Assembly: GCA_903906365.1 (NCBI GenBank) | Contig: CAIVKC010000059.1 | Location: 5,430 to 69,429, forward strand | DNA from: an uncultured Bacteroidota bacterium | GTDB taxonomy: Bacteria > Bacteroidota > Bacteroidia > Chitinophagales > Chitinophagaceae | Reading direction: 5' to 3' | Length of the DNA: 64,000 bases | Part shown: positions 10,364 through 19,641 of the stretch, piece after piece | How positions within the stretch are numbered: position 1 is the first letter of the stretch | Layout: every line of letters starts with the position of its first letter | Program-made: the position numbers and the translations under genes | The notes under the pieces: generated by a model | Databases searched by the model: none | What the model saw: the letters and a program-made list of their open reading frames with translations, nothing else | Told to the model about the DNA's origin: nothing

Positions 10364-10726
10364 TTATTTATTGTCGGTATGCCCGGTGATTTTGTCCCAT
10401 AGGCCATGCGCTTTTTCTTTAAGCTCGCTGATTTTTTCAGCGGCTTCCTCCTTTAATTTTCCGGACTTCGCGTCCTGCCACACTTCGCCTGCCTTCTGCT
10501 GCAGGTCATCGGAAATATGTCCTGCCTGTTCCTTTAGCCCTGATATTTTTTCGGCGGCCTCTCCCTGTAATTTGCCGGATTTTACATCCTCCCATACTTC
10601 GCCCGCCTTCTGCTGCAGATCCGAGGTGATCTTACCGGTCTGGTCCTTGAGTTCTCCCAGTTTTTCGGCGGCTTTTTCCTTCAGCTCATTGGCTTTGTCT
10701 GATATAGACTGATTGATGTCTGACAT
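10364..10726 (-). CDS. Small hydrophilic repeat protein (LEA/apolipoprotein-like amphipathic helices; stress-protein-like), function unknown
   Basis: 120 aa, no hydrophobic segment, two tandem 38-aa units plus partial units. It has its own terminator. Confidence 0.7.
   Translation of the reverse strand: MSDINQSISDKANELKEKAAEKLGELKDQTGKITSDLQQKAGEVWEDVKSGKLQGEAAEKISGLKEQAGHISDDLQQKAGEVWQDAKSGKLKEEAAEKISELKEKAHGLWDKITGHTDNK
10409..10636 (-). repeat. Two tandem 114-bp (38-codon) coding repeats inside the small repeat protein gene
   Basis: aa 31-68 GKITSDLQQKAGEVWEDVKSGKLQGEAAEKISGLKEQA versus aa 69-106 GHISDDLQQKAGEVWQDAKSGKLKEEAAEKISELKEKA. Partial copies flank both ends. Confidence 0.85.
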
Positions 10727-10894
10727 AAAATAACGCGTTTTAAAAATGATAAATAAGGTTTCCTATAGAAAGGTACCACATTTTGAAGTATCCCATTTTT
10801 TTAAGGGGCAATAATAATGTTCATTTAACTTTTGGCGGCTAAGCCAAAAAGACCTGATATCCTGGAAGGGAAACCCGGATAGAAAGCAGCCTGT

Positions 10895-11971
10895 TTAATG
10901 GGGGGAACAACCAGGCGGAAACTGCCGGTCGATGGTTTTTTTCAAGGCCAGGTAGATATCCTTCGTCTTTTCGTCGATCAGGAATTTTTGCACAAAAAAC
11001 AGGCAGCAATATCCCCGGCAGTTGTCGACATAGGGCCAGGAGCCGAAGGCGCCGGGGCTGGTCACCACCCGGACCGATCCGTCCGCGCCCGTTTCCTGGA
11101 TCCATTCCCCAAAGGCGTAGTTGAAGCCCTGGGCACCCTGGGGGGCGTAGCGGATCATGGGCAGGGTGGTACTGGGCGCCTGCATACGGGAAACGGCCCC
11201 CGGACTGAGGATGCGCCTGCCATGGTAGCTGCCCTGGCCCAGGATCATTTCCAAAAACCGCATGTAATCGGCCGGGGTGGAATGGGCTCCCCCGGAGGGG
11301 TTGACCGCTTTTCCACCCCGGGTAAAACCCGTGTGTTCCATACCCAGCGGCCGGGCGATGCGCTGCTGGAAAATTTCTTCAAAACCCTGGTGGCTGATCA
11401 CTTCCAGTATCCTGCCTGCGATATTGAGTCCGATGGAGGAGTACCTGAATTCCGTGCCCGGAAGGGCCAGGAGCTTTTTATGGACGGCTGCCTCATTTAC
11501 CTGGGCCTCCAGGGAGGGATACCGGCTTTCTTTCCATATCCCCAGCAGGGTCAGCGGCTCTGATTCCAGGCCGGTGGTATGGGACAGGCAGTGTTTAATC
11601 AGGATGCCTCCTTTTCCGTAGCGGGTGAACTCCGGCAGGTAGCGTCCGATGCTGTCCTCCAGCGAAAGCCTGCCCTCATCTACAAAGGTCATCACCAGGG
11701 CGGCACTGAGCCATTTGCTGCAGGAGGCGATGGGAATGACCCTGGCTGTGTCCATATTTCCCCAGCTACCCTGATAGATGATCCGGCCACCCCGGCTGAT
11801 CATGGCGGCCACCCGGCCGCCGAGGTCACGCTGGTGGCGGCTGATCAGGGCGGCTGTCTCGGAAAAATCATACTGGCTCCGGGCCGCCGATGCCAGCAGC
11901 AGGAAGGCTGCCAGCAGGGTCAGCTGCCTGAAGGGGGTCATGGGGACCGGGTATCGTCTGGGGGTTTGCAT
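10895..11971 (-). CDS. Beta-lactamase-fold serine hydrolase (class C / esterase family), secreted
   Basis: Signal peptide. SxxK motif SCSK (aa 83-86), YSS motif, GGAHST block. Confidence 0.9.
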   Translation of the reverse strand: MQTPRRYPVPMTPFRQLTLLAAFLLLASAARSQYDFSETAALISRHQRDLGGRVAAMISRGGRIIYQGSWGNMDTARVIPIASCSKWLSAALVMTFVDEGRLSLEDSIGRYLPEFTRYGKGGILIKHCLSHTTGLESEPLTLLGIWKESRYPSLEAQVNEAAVHKKLLALPGTEFRYSSIGLNIAGRILEVISHQGFEEIFQQRIARPLGMEHTGFTRGGKAVNPSGGAHSTPADYMRFLEMILGQGSYHGRRILSPGAVSRMQAPSTTLPMIRYAPQGAQGFNYAFGEWIQETGADGSVRVVTSPGAFGSWPYVDNCRGYCCLFFVQKFLIDEKTKDIYLALKKTIDRQFPPGCSPH

Positions 11972-11977
11972 GGAAGC

Positions 11978-13030
11978 TTATTGGCAGCCGCCGGGAACCT
12001 GCAAATCGATGAGTTCCCTGAAATGGCTGAAGAATTCTTTGTTGAGTTCATCCTGGGGGGCCTTCACCAACAGGATGGCCGCATAGTTGCGGCACCGGTC
12101 GATATAGGGAAAAGTCCCCACCAGGTTGGGACATCCCACGGCGGCGGGCATGCCGGAGGGGTTGATACCCATGATCCAGCATCCCAGGCCATAGTGAAAT
12201 CCTTCTGCCCCTTTGGGGACGTATTTGGCAGGCAAGGAGGGGAACTGGGTCTTTTCCATTTCGGCCACCGACTCCTCCGATAATATCCTTTTTCCTTCGA
12301 AGACGCCTTTTTGGAGCATCATGATCAGGAAATTCATGTAGTCGTTGGCGGTAGAACGCGCCCCGCCGGAGGGGTCTACGGCGCCGCCCTGATCATTGTT
12401 GAAATTGGTGCCCCGCATTTTAAGGGGACGCAGTAATTTTTCCTGAATGAGGCGGTCAAAACTTTTTTTGGATATGATCTCCAGGACCCTGCCAGCAATG
12501 GAGGGTCCTATATTACTGTAATAGAACTCGGTTCCCGGGTTGGCCTCGATTTCTCTTTTGGTGGCAAACTGATTGACTTCGGCCTCCAGGCTTTCAAACC
12601 TGCTTTTCTGGAAGACTTTCAGAACCCCGCCTTCGGTGTGGATGCCCGTTGTATTGGTCAGGCAGTTGCGGATGGTGATGTAACCTTTCATATAGGTGGC
12701 AAAAACGGGAATGTATTTACTCACCTTGTCGTCCAGGGAAATCTTACCCTCGTCCACAAAGCTCATCACCAGGGCTGCCGTCAGCCAGTTGCCGGCATGG
12801 AGGATGGGGGCCTGGGTTTTCAGGGTGAAATCGGTCCCCTGCTTCTGGTAGAGGACCTTTCCATCCTTCCATACCAGGGCCGTATAATTATTGCCCATGG
12901 CTTTCTTATTATCTTCCAGGAATTTGTCCAGGTCCTGAAAGACCCCCTGGCCGCTTACGGGCAGCCAGAATAGCAGGAGAATCACTGGCATTATGTTGTT
13001 GAGGCAGACGCCCTTGATTTTTAATGACAT
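11978..13030 (-). CDS. Beta-lactamase-fold paralog lacking the SxxK nucleophile motif (HAGN instead); putative non-catalytic paralog
   Basis: Collinear similarity to the downstream paralog (WLTAALVMSFVDEG, YYSNIG, DPSGGARST). The start is chosen at Met23 of the long ORF (MSLKIKGVCLNNIMPVILLLFWLPVSG signal peptide). The longest ORF extends to 13096, only 6 nt from clpB. Confidence 0.8.
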   Translation of the reverse strand: MSLKIKGVCLNNIMPVILLLFWLPVSGQGVFQDLDKFLEDNKKAMGNNYTALVWKDGKVLYQKQGTDFTLKTQAPILHAGNWLTAALVMSFVDEGKISLDDKVSKYIPVFATYMKGYITIRNCLTNTTGIHTEGGVLKVFQKSRFESLEAEVNQFATKREIEANPGTEFYYSNIGPSIAGRVLEIISKKSFDRLIQEKLLRPLKMRGTNFNNDQGGAVDPSGGARSTANDYMNFLIMMLQKGVFEGKRILSEESVAEMEKTQFPSLPAKYVPKGAEGFHYGLGCWIMGINPSGMPAAVGCPNLVGTFPYIDRCRNYAAILLVKAPQDELNKEFFSHFRELIDLQVPGGCQ

Positions 13031-13101
13031 AATTACTGGCATTTTGCTTTGGATTGGCATTTGCAGGTCAGGTTTATATATTTTAAAAAAAACCAAGGAT
13101 T

Positions 13102-15756
13102 ATGAATCTCAATAATTTTACGATTAAGGCCCAGGAAGCCATCTCATTGGCCCAGCAGATTGCCTTTAATCATTCAAATCCCAATATTGAAACGGAACAC
13201 ATACTAAAAGCATTGCTTCAGGACAAGGATTCCTCCATCGATTTCCTGTTGAAGAAGAACAATGTAAATGTAAATTTTGTTGAAACCAAACTCGACGAGA
13301 GTATTAACAAACTTCCCAAAGTCAGCGGCGGCGAGCCTGCCCAGGCACTGGGCCGCGATGCCAACAATGCGATCCTGCGGGCGGGTACCCAGTTAAAAGC
13401 TTTCGGGGATGAGTTCGTGAGCGTGGAGCACCTGCTGCTGTCCTTGGTGCATGGCAATGACAATACCGGTAAGCTCCTCAAAGACGGGGGACTCACAGAA
13501 AAGGGCCTGGCAGCAGCCATCAGGGAACTGCGCAAGGGTTCCACGGTGTCCTCCCAGACTTCCGAGACACAGCTCCATTCCTTAAACAAGTATGCCAAGA
13601 ACCTCAATGAGATGGCCCGGGCCGGGAAACTGGACCCAGTCATCGGCCGCGATGAGGAAATCCGCCGCACCCTGCACATCCTCTCCCGGCGAAGCAAAAA
13701 CAACCCCATCCTGGTGGGGGAGCCCGGGGTCGGTAAGACCGCCATCGCAGAAGGGCTGGCCCACCGGATAGTCAACGGCGACGTGCCCGAGAACCTGAAA
13801 TCAAAAGTGATTTATGCCCTGGACATGGGCCAGCTCATTGCCGGCGCCAAATACAAAGGGGAATTTGAAGAGCGCCTCAAGGCCGTGGTCAAGGAAGTGG
13901 CGGACAGCGAAGGGGAGATCATTTTGTTCATCGATGAGATCCACACCCTGGTGGGTGCCGGCGGCGGGGAAGGGGCCATGGATGCAGCCAATATCCTCAA
14001 ACCAGCCCTGGCAAGGGGTGAGCTGCGGGCCATTGGTGCCACCACCTTGAGCGAATACCAGAAATTCTTTGAAAAGGATAAAGCCCTGGAACGCCGTTTC
14101 CAGAAAGTCATGATCGATGAACCCGGCGAGGAGGATGCCATTTCCATCCTGCGCGGGCTTAAGGACCGCTATGAGGCCCACCACCATGTCAGGATTAAAG
14201 ATGAGGCCATCATAGCCGCTGTGGAATTATCCAGCCGCTATGTCACCGACCGGTTTTTGCCCGACAAGGCCATCGATCTCATCGACGAGAGTGCCGCCAA
14301 GCTCCGGCTGGAGATGAACTCCATGCCCGAAGCCCTGGACAAACTGGAAAGAAGTATCCGGCAGCTGGAAATCGAACGGGAGGCCATCAAGCGGGAAAAT
14401 GACGAAGCCAAAATGCGTGAACTCAGTATTGAGATAAGCAACCTGAGCGTGGAAAGGGATACCCTGAAAGCGAAATGGAAACAGGAAAAGGAGCTTGTGG
14501 AAAAGGTGCAGAATGCCAAAACAGAAATCGAACAGTATAAGTTGCAGGCCGAAAAGGCCGAAAGGGAAGGGGACTACGGTAAAGTGGCCGAAATACGTTA
14601 CGGAAAGATCAAAGAGCAGGAAAGGATCATTGCCGATTACTCCCAGAGGCTGGCCGCCATCAGTGAAAACTCGCGGCTCATGAAAGAGGAAGTCGACGCC
14701 GAGGATATCGCCGAAGCCGTGGCCAAAGCCACGGGAATACCGGTGGCCAAGATGCTGCAGAGCGAAAAGGAGAAATTACTCAATCTGGAAGAGGAACTCC
14801 ACAAAAGGGTGGTGGGACAGGATGAAGCCATTGCTTCGGTGGCCGATGCCATCCGCCGGAGCCGGGCGGGACTGCAGGATCCCCGAAAACCCATCGGATC
14901 CTTTATATTCCTGGGTACCACCGGGGTGGGTAAGACCGAACTGGCCAAAGCGCTGGCCGCCTATCTGTTTGACGATGAAGGCATGATGACCCGGATTGAT
15001 ATGAGCGAATACCAGGAAAAGCATGCGGTGAGCCGGCTCATCGGCGCCCCTCCGGGCTATGTTGGCTATGATGAGGGCGGACAGCTGACCGAGGCCGTCC
15101 GGCGCAAGCCCTACAGCGTGATATTGCTCGATGAAATTGAAAAGGCGCATCCTGACGTTTTTAATGTATTATTGCAGGTATTGGATGATGGCCGGCTGAC
15201 TGATAACAAGGGCCGGGTGGTGAACTTCAAGAACACCATCATTATTATGACCAGCAATATGGGAAGCCAGATCATTCAGGACAATTTTGAGAATGTAACG
15301 GAGAAGAACCGTGATGAAGTGGTGGAAATGACCAAGTTAGAGGTCATCAACCTGCTCAAACAGACCATCCGGCCCGAATTTTTCAACCGGATCGACGAGG
15401 TCATCATGTTCCAGCCGCTGCTCAAAAGCGAGATTAAGGGTATTATTAAGATACAATTGGCTGAATTATCTTCGCTGGTTGCCAAAAATGGTATTACTTT
15501 AGCGTTTAGTGACTATGCGGTGGATTACCTCGCAGAAAACGGGTTTGACCCCCAGTACGGAGCCCGTCCGCTGAAAAGACTGATACAAAAACAGATTGTA
15601 AATCAGCTAAGTAAGAAGATTCTGGCAGGCAGCATCGATAAGAACCATCCGGTGCTGGTGGATGTATTTGACGGGACGGTGGTTTTCCGCAATGAATTGA
15701 CCCCGGAGACTCCGCCGGCGGCTGCCCGGGGCAGGGAACAGAAGGCTTCCTCCTGA
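13102..15756 (+). CDS. clpB: ATP-dependent chaperone ClpB (AAA+ disaggregase)
   Basis: 884 aa. Two AAA+ modules (GEPGVGKT and GTTGVGKT Walker A motifs), a long coiled-coil middle domain, and the conserved block [14 protein letters not shown]. Confidence 0.97.
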   Translation: MNLNNFTIKAQEAISLAQQIAFNHSNPNIETEHILKALLQDKDSSIDFLLKKNNVNVNFVETKLDESINKLPKVSGGEPAQALGRDANNAILRAGTQLKAFGDEFVSVEHLLLSLVHGNDNTGKLLKDGGLTEKGLAAAIRELRKGSTVSSQTSETQLHSLNKYAKNLNEMARAGKLDPVIGRDEEIRRTLHILSRRSKNNPILVGEPGVGKTAIAEGLAHRIVNGDVPENLKSKVIYALDMGQLIAGAKYKGEFEERLKAVVKEVADSEGEIILFIDEIHTLVGAGGGEGAMDAANILKPALARGELRAIGATTLSEYQKFFEKDKALERRFQKVMIDEPGEEDAISILRGLKDRYEAHHHVRIKDEAIIAAVELSSRYVTDRFLPDKAIDLIDESAAKLRLEMNSMPEALDKLERSIRQLEIEREAIKRENDEAKMRELSIEISNLSVERDTLKAKWKQEKELVEKVQNAKTEIEQYKLQAEKAEREGDYGKVAEIRYGKIKEQERIIADYSQRLAAISENSRLMKEEVDAEDIAEAVAKATGIPVAKMLQSEKEKLLNLEEELHKRVVGQDEAIASVADAIRRSRAGLQDPRKPIGSFIFLGTTGVGKTELAKALAAYLFDDEGMMTRIDMSEYQEKHAVSRLIGAPPGYVGYDEGGQLTEAVRRKPYSVILLDEIEKAHPDVFNVLLQVLDDGRLTDNKGRVVNFKNTIIIMTSNMGSQIIQDNFENVTEKNRDEVVEMTKLEVINLLKQTIRPEFFNRIDEVIMFQPLLKSEIKGIIKIQLAELSSLVAKNGITLAFSDYAVDYLAENGFDPQYGARPLKRLIQKQIVNQLSKKILAGSIDKNHPVLVDVFDGTVVFRNELTPETPPAAARGREQKASS

Positions 15757-15838
15757 TTGCCGGCAGATGGCGGGGAGGCATGAGGCGGCCGGGGATGCAT
15801 TGAACAAAAGTGATTAAATAAATGTTTAAACAGGATAT

Positions 15839-16414
15839 ATGGCAATGAAAGCAAAGGAAGTAGTTGAGATCATACCGACAAAAGATATTTTTGTGGGTGA
15901 TACCAAGGCCCCGGTCACACTGACAGAATTTGGTGATTATGAGAGTGAGGCATGTGCCAAGGCCAATGAAATCGTCAAACAGCTCCTCAACGAATACGAC
16001 GGAAAGATCCGTTTCAATTACCGGCATTTTCCCCTGACCAGGATACATCAGCGCAGCCTGAAGGCCGCTGAAGCCTCCGTGGCAGCGGCGCAGGAAGGGA
16101 AATTCTGGGAGATGCATAATATTTTGTTTGCCAACAGGCGCAGCCTGGGAACCACCAGTTTGAAACTGCATTCCCTGGAGGCCGGTGTCAACAACAAGCG
16201 CTTTTTGGATGACCTGGTCAATGCCACTTATGGCTGGCAGGTTCAGGGCGACCTGCGTGAAGGCATCGATAAGGGCGTCAAGGACGTCCCGGCTTTTTTC
16301 ATCAACGGGGAATTGTATACCGGAAAGCCCACTTTTGAAGGCCTGAGCAAGGTGATTGACCTGGCGATCAAAAAGACCAAAAAGAAGGCTCCCACCGCCA
16401 AGCAGCGCGCCTGA
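15839..16414 (+). CDS. DsbA-family thioredoxin-fold protein, apparently cytoplasmic, with SxxC instead of CxxC
   Basis: TEFGDYESEACAKA aligns to the usual F-x-D-Y-x-C-P-x-C-A block. VPAFFINGE is a typical cis-Pro/C-terminal block. No signal peptide. Confidence 0.8.
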   Translation: MAMKAKEVVEIIPTKDIFVGDTKAPVTLTEFGDYESEACAKANEIVKQLLNEYDGKIRFNYRHFPLTRIHQRSLKAAEASVAAAQEGKFWEMHNILFANRRSLGTTSLKLHSLEAGVNNKRFLDDLVNATYGWQVQGDLREGIDKGVKDVPAFFINGELYTGKPTFEGLSKVIDLAIKKTKKKAPTAKQRA

Positions 16415-16490
16415 TGCAACCAAGGGCAGGGCAAATCACCTCCCCCTGGAGTGCATATTATTCATATTATTACCCCCGATTTATGGGAGA

Positions 16491-16515
16491 AACCCGGCCG
16501 CTGGCCGGGTTTTCT
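16491..16515 (+). terminator. Candidate rho-independent terminator
   Basis: AACCCGGCC-GCT-GGCCGGGTT forms a 9-bp stem followed by TTCT. Confidence 0.5.
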
Positions 16516-16598
16516 ATGGGGGGCCTGCCATTACCGCCCGGCGCATTTTTTGCAGAATTTATCAATACATTTGGGAGGCTTCCCAAAGGCCGGCTGAT

Positions 16599-17111
16599 TT
16601 GGTAAGATTCACAACCACGATATTAAAGTTTGACCGCCAGGGCGAGAAAACAGGCTGGACCTATATATTGATTCCGGCCCGGATCGCCTCGCGTATCCAG
16701 GGAGCCCAGAAAAAGTCGTTCCGGGTGAAGGGCCGGCTCGACCAGTTTCCCATCCAGGGTATTGCCCTGCTTCCCATGGGGGAGGGGGATTTCATCATGG
16801 CGCTCAACGCCGCTTTGCGCAAAGGCATCGGTAAAAGCCATGGCGCCGGGTTGGTGGTGGAAATAGAGGCCGATGAAAGGAAAAAGGAGCCGCCGGCCGC
16901 CCTGCTTGAATGCCTGGCCGATGAACCGGCCGCACTCGCCTATTTCAACAGCCTCAGCCAATCACACCGGAATTATTTCGGCAGCTGGATCATGAGCGCC
17001 AAAACGGAGTCTACCCGGGCCACCCGGATTGCCAAAGCCGTCAATGCCCTGGCCAGGGGGATGGATTTTGGAAAGATGATGCGCTATGGAAGGGATTCTT
17101 CCCGCCCATAA
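16599..17111 (+). CDS. YdeI/OmpD-associated family protein (DUF1905 plus YdeI-like domain)
   Basis: FTTTILKFDRQGEKTGWTYILIP is a DUF1905-like N-terminus. The C-terminus reads LSQSHRNYFGSWIMSAKTESTRATRIAKAV. There is no in-frame ATG near the domain start, so TTG 16599 is proposed. The long ORF from 16356 would overlap the preceding gene and its terminator. Confidence 0.7.
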   Translation: MVRFTTTILKFDRQGEKTGWTYILIPARIASRIQGAQKKSFRVKGRLDQFPIQGIALLPMGEGDFIMALNAALRKGIGKSHGAGLVVEIEADERKKEPPAALLECLADEPAALAYFNSLSQSHRNYFGSWIMSAKTESTRATRIAKAVNALARGMDFGKMMRYGRDSSRP

Positions 17112-17140
17112 GTGGGGAAACCCATTGCGGGCAACATGAC

Positions 17141-17176
17141 AAAGTCCCGGGGCCTGTTGTCAGCTCCCGGGACTTT
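17141..17176. terminator. GC-rich hairpin between convergent genes
   Basis: AAAGTCCCGGG ... CCCGGGACTTT forms a perfect 11-bp stem with a 14-nt loop. No clear U-tract. Confidence 0.45.
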
Positions 17177-17221
17177 GGTATATAAAGTGGGTTAGTATAA
17201 TCTGGAAATAAAAGCCGGCTG

Positions 17222-17731
17222 CTATTCGCCCGCACGCACGAAGGCGGTAGATTTGGCTGGGATTTCAGCGGATTTTACCTTGTTGTATTCCGAAGGTGCG
17301 GCTTTGTCCTGTTTGCGGACAAACGACTTATTGATACCGATCACCAGGGCAGCGATTACGGTCAGTGTGGCAAATACGCCGATGGCCCGGCGGGATACCT
17401 GACTTTTATCATCAGACTCATAGAAGTTATCCTTCAGGGCAGTTACCCCTTCGGAAGATATCTGAACCAGCATACCATAGGGTTCAAAATCATCCCCCCA
17501 GATATCGATATGGCTGTATTCTTTGAGCTGGTAGCAGGCTTCCATCAGGGTTTTAATGTCATGCTTGGTGGAAATTTGAGCCAGGTCGTATAGTGGGATA
17601 TAATGATATTTTCTTTCAAAACTATCATAATCGGCGTGCCGGATTTCGTCAAACCATTGCTTGTTGGTGTAGAGGGATTTTAGGATCCATGCACAGGCAT
17701 GTTGGGTTTCATTGATAGATTCGGTCACCAT
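17222..17731 (-). CDS. Hypothetical protein: cytoplasmic N-terminal domain, one TM helix near the C-terminus
   Basis: 169-aa ORF in a low-G+C patch. TM segment AIGVFATLTVIAALVIGI. I recognise no family motif. Confidence 0.55.
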   Translation of the reverse strand: MVTESINETQHACAWILKSLYTNKQWFDEIRHADYDSFERKYHYIPLYDLAQISTKHDIKTLMEACYQLKEYSHIDIWGDDFEPYGMLVQISSEGVTALKDNFYESDDKSQVSRRAIGVFATLTVIAALVIGINKSFVRKQDKAAPSEYNKVKSAEIPAKSTAFVRAGE

Positions 17732-17860
17732 GGTATTGAATATTGGATTTTAAAAATGGGGTTTTGATGCCTATACCCTTTATCTACATAATCAAACGGC
17801 ATTCATTTGGAAATATTGCAGGAAATACAGGGAAAGGATAAAATTTAGGTTGTAAGTGTT

Positions 17861-17884
17861 TGCACTTATTTTGGAATAAGTGCA
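17861..17884. promoter_or_regulatory. Perfect inverted repeat in a divergent promoter region (candidate operator)
   Basis: TGCACTTATT-TTGG-AATAAGTGCA has 10-bp perfect arms. It lies 58 nt upstream of the ATG at 17942 and 130 nt upstream of the ATG at 17731. Confidence 0.3.
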
Positions 17885-17941
17885 ATAGAAGGCTCATCAG
17901 GGAATGTAACTTTTTTGTAGTTTCAGCGATATTTAGAAGCT

Positions 17942-18427
17942 ATGCCCTATTTCCGAATAGATTTTAAGGTAGATAATTCCAAAGTACCTTTTGCCAATAC
18001 CCTGCTTAAATGGATCATCATATTTTACGTGGTGCCGGCCATGATGTACCTGACCTATAAACTCTTCCACCTGATGACCTTCGGTGGGGTGGTGGCCTGG
18101 TATGAATGGCCGGCCGTGATCCTGAACCTGGGGCTGGTAATTGTATTGACCAGGCAGCTCTTCAGATTGAACAAAATCCGCTACATCATCATTACCGACA
18201 AAGGCCTCAAATATGCCAAGCATTTTCCCTGGGACTCCTTTGTCAGCTGGAAGCGCTTTAAACAATTCCAATATGGATATTCCAATGTCAGGCTGATTAC
18301 CAAGGGAGGCACCCGTTTCCGGTTTTCCCTGCTCAAGATCAGTGAGGAGGAGAAATCCAAATTATTCAGGATACTGGATGGCATTTCAAAAAAATACGGG
18401 GTGGAAATGCAGCAGCCCGTCCAGTAG
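17942..18427 (+). CDS. Hypothetical membrane protein (two TM helices plus a basic soluble C-terminal domain)
   Basis: 161-aa ORF. Hydrophobic segments WIIIFYVVPAMMYLTY and WPAVILNLGLVIVLT. I recognise no family motif. Confidence 0.55.
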   Translation: MPYFRIDFKVDNSKVPFANTLLKWIIIFYVVPAMMYLTYKLFHLMTFGGVVAWYEWPAVILNLGLVIVLTRQLFRLNKIRYIIITDKGLKYAKHFPWDSFVSWKRFKQFQYGYSNVRLITKGGTRFRFSLLKISEEEKSKLFRILDGISKKYGVEMQQPVQ

Positions 18428-18537
18428 GCAGCCGCCCGCTTCCAGTTTTGCCCGCTGAACTACAGGATTTCCACAGAATACCCCGCTAAGTTTACGCTAC
18501 ATTTTATCCATCTTTAATAAATACCAAAAAGCACAAC

Positions 18538-19551
18538 ATGAAAAAATATTCAAATATTTTCAGCTTCCTGCTTGCCTGCCTCTGCCTCGCCGGTACGGCC
18601 ACCGCCCAGTCCGCCAGCGGCTTCCATGTAAAAAAGACCTTTCATATTGCCAGCCCCGGCGGCTGGGATTATATCTCCGTCGGGCCTTCCAACTCAAGGA
18701 TCTACGTTTCTCATGGAGGGCAGGTCAATATCCTGGACCAGAAAACAGGGGATTCGGTGGGGGTAATTCCCAATACCACCGGAGTCCACGGCATTGCCTT
18801 TGACCCCTCCAACTCCAGGGGATACACCAGCAACGGCCGGCTCAATTCGGTGACCGTCTTTGACGTAAAGACCAATAATGTGCTGGCCCAGATTGAAACA
18901 GGCCAGAATCCGGATGCCATCATGTATGACCCGTTTTCAAAAATGGTCATTACCTGCAACGGGCGCAGCAAAGACCTCTCGGTGATTGATCCTTCGACCA
19001 ATAAGGTAGTGGCCACCATCCCTGTGGGCGGAAAGCCCGAAACAGCCGTTTCTGATGAGGCCGGCAGGATTTTTGTCAACATAGAGGATAAAAATGAAAT
19101 CATCGCCGTCAATATCAAAACCAACACCATCGAAAATCATTGGTCCCTTGCCCCGGCAGAAGGCCCCACCGGCCTGGCCATCGACCTGAAAACCAAGAGG
19201 CTGTTTGCGGGATGCGATAAATTACTGGTGGTCATGGATGCCACCAACGGCAACCTGGTGGACAAACTGGCCATCGGGGATGGCTGCGACGGGGTAGGTT
19301 TTGATGCCAAGCTGGGCTATGTATTTGCCTCCTGCGGGGAAGGCTTGTTGACCATAATCCAGGAAAAGAGTGCCAGCCAGTTCAAAGTCATTGATAACGT
19401 GCCCACCAAAAGAAGTGCAAGAACCATTGCGGTGGATGAAAACACCCATGAAGTGTTCCTGCCTGCAGCCGATTTTGAAAAAGATACGCCCAAGGGTGAG
19501 CGGCCCAAAGTAATTGCAGGAACCTTCCAGATCCTGGTCGTTTCCAAATAA
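18538..19551 (+). CDS. YVTN-family (YncE-like) beta-propeller repeat protein, secreted
   Basis: Signal peptide. Repeated ~40-aa units with the V.V.D..T.KVVATIPVG pattern and G..P.G.A.D motifs. Confidence 0.85.
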   Translation: MKKYSNIFSFLLACLCLAGTATAQSASGFHVKKTFHIASPGGWDYISVGPSNSRIYVSHGGQVNILDQKTGDSVGVIPNTTGVHGIAFDPSNSRGYTSNGRLNSVTVFDVKTNNVLAQIETGQNPDAIMYDPFSKMVITCNGRSKDLSVIDPSTNKVVATIPVGGKPETAVSDEAGRIFVNIEDKNEIIAVNIKTNTIENHWSLAPAEGPTGLAIDLKTKRLFAGCDKLLVVMDATNGNLVDKLAIGDGCDGVGFDAKLGYVFASCGEGLLTIIQEKSASQFKVIDNVPTKRSARTIAVDENTHEVFLPAADFEKDTPKGERPKVIAGTFQILVVSK

Positions 19552-19594
19552 ATGCCAGCCTGAAAGAAAAGCCAACTATACACCAGATCAACAG

Positions 19595-19626
19595 GGAGCC
19601 CGGCCATTAGCCGGGCTCCTTTTTTT
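19595..19626 (+). terminator. Rho-independent terminator
   Basis: GGAGCCCGGC-CATTA-GCCGGGCTCC forms a perfect 10-bp stem followed by 7 T. Confidence 0.8.
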
Positions 19627-19641
19627 GGGATTGGGCCAAAC

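Noticed and set aside
13031-13096. N-terminal extension of the upstream serine-hydrolase paralog ORF, reaching within 6 nt of clpB
   Set aside because: The extension precedes a good signal peptide that starts at Met23 (or Met36), and it would leave no promoter space for the divergent clpB. The shorter start is preferred, though this is not proven.
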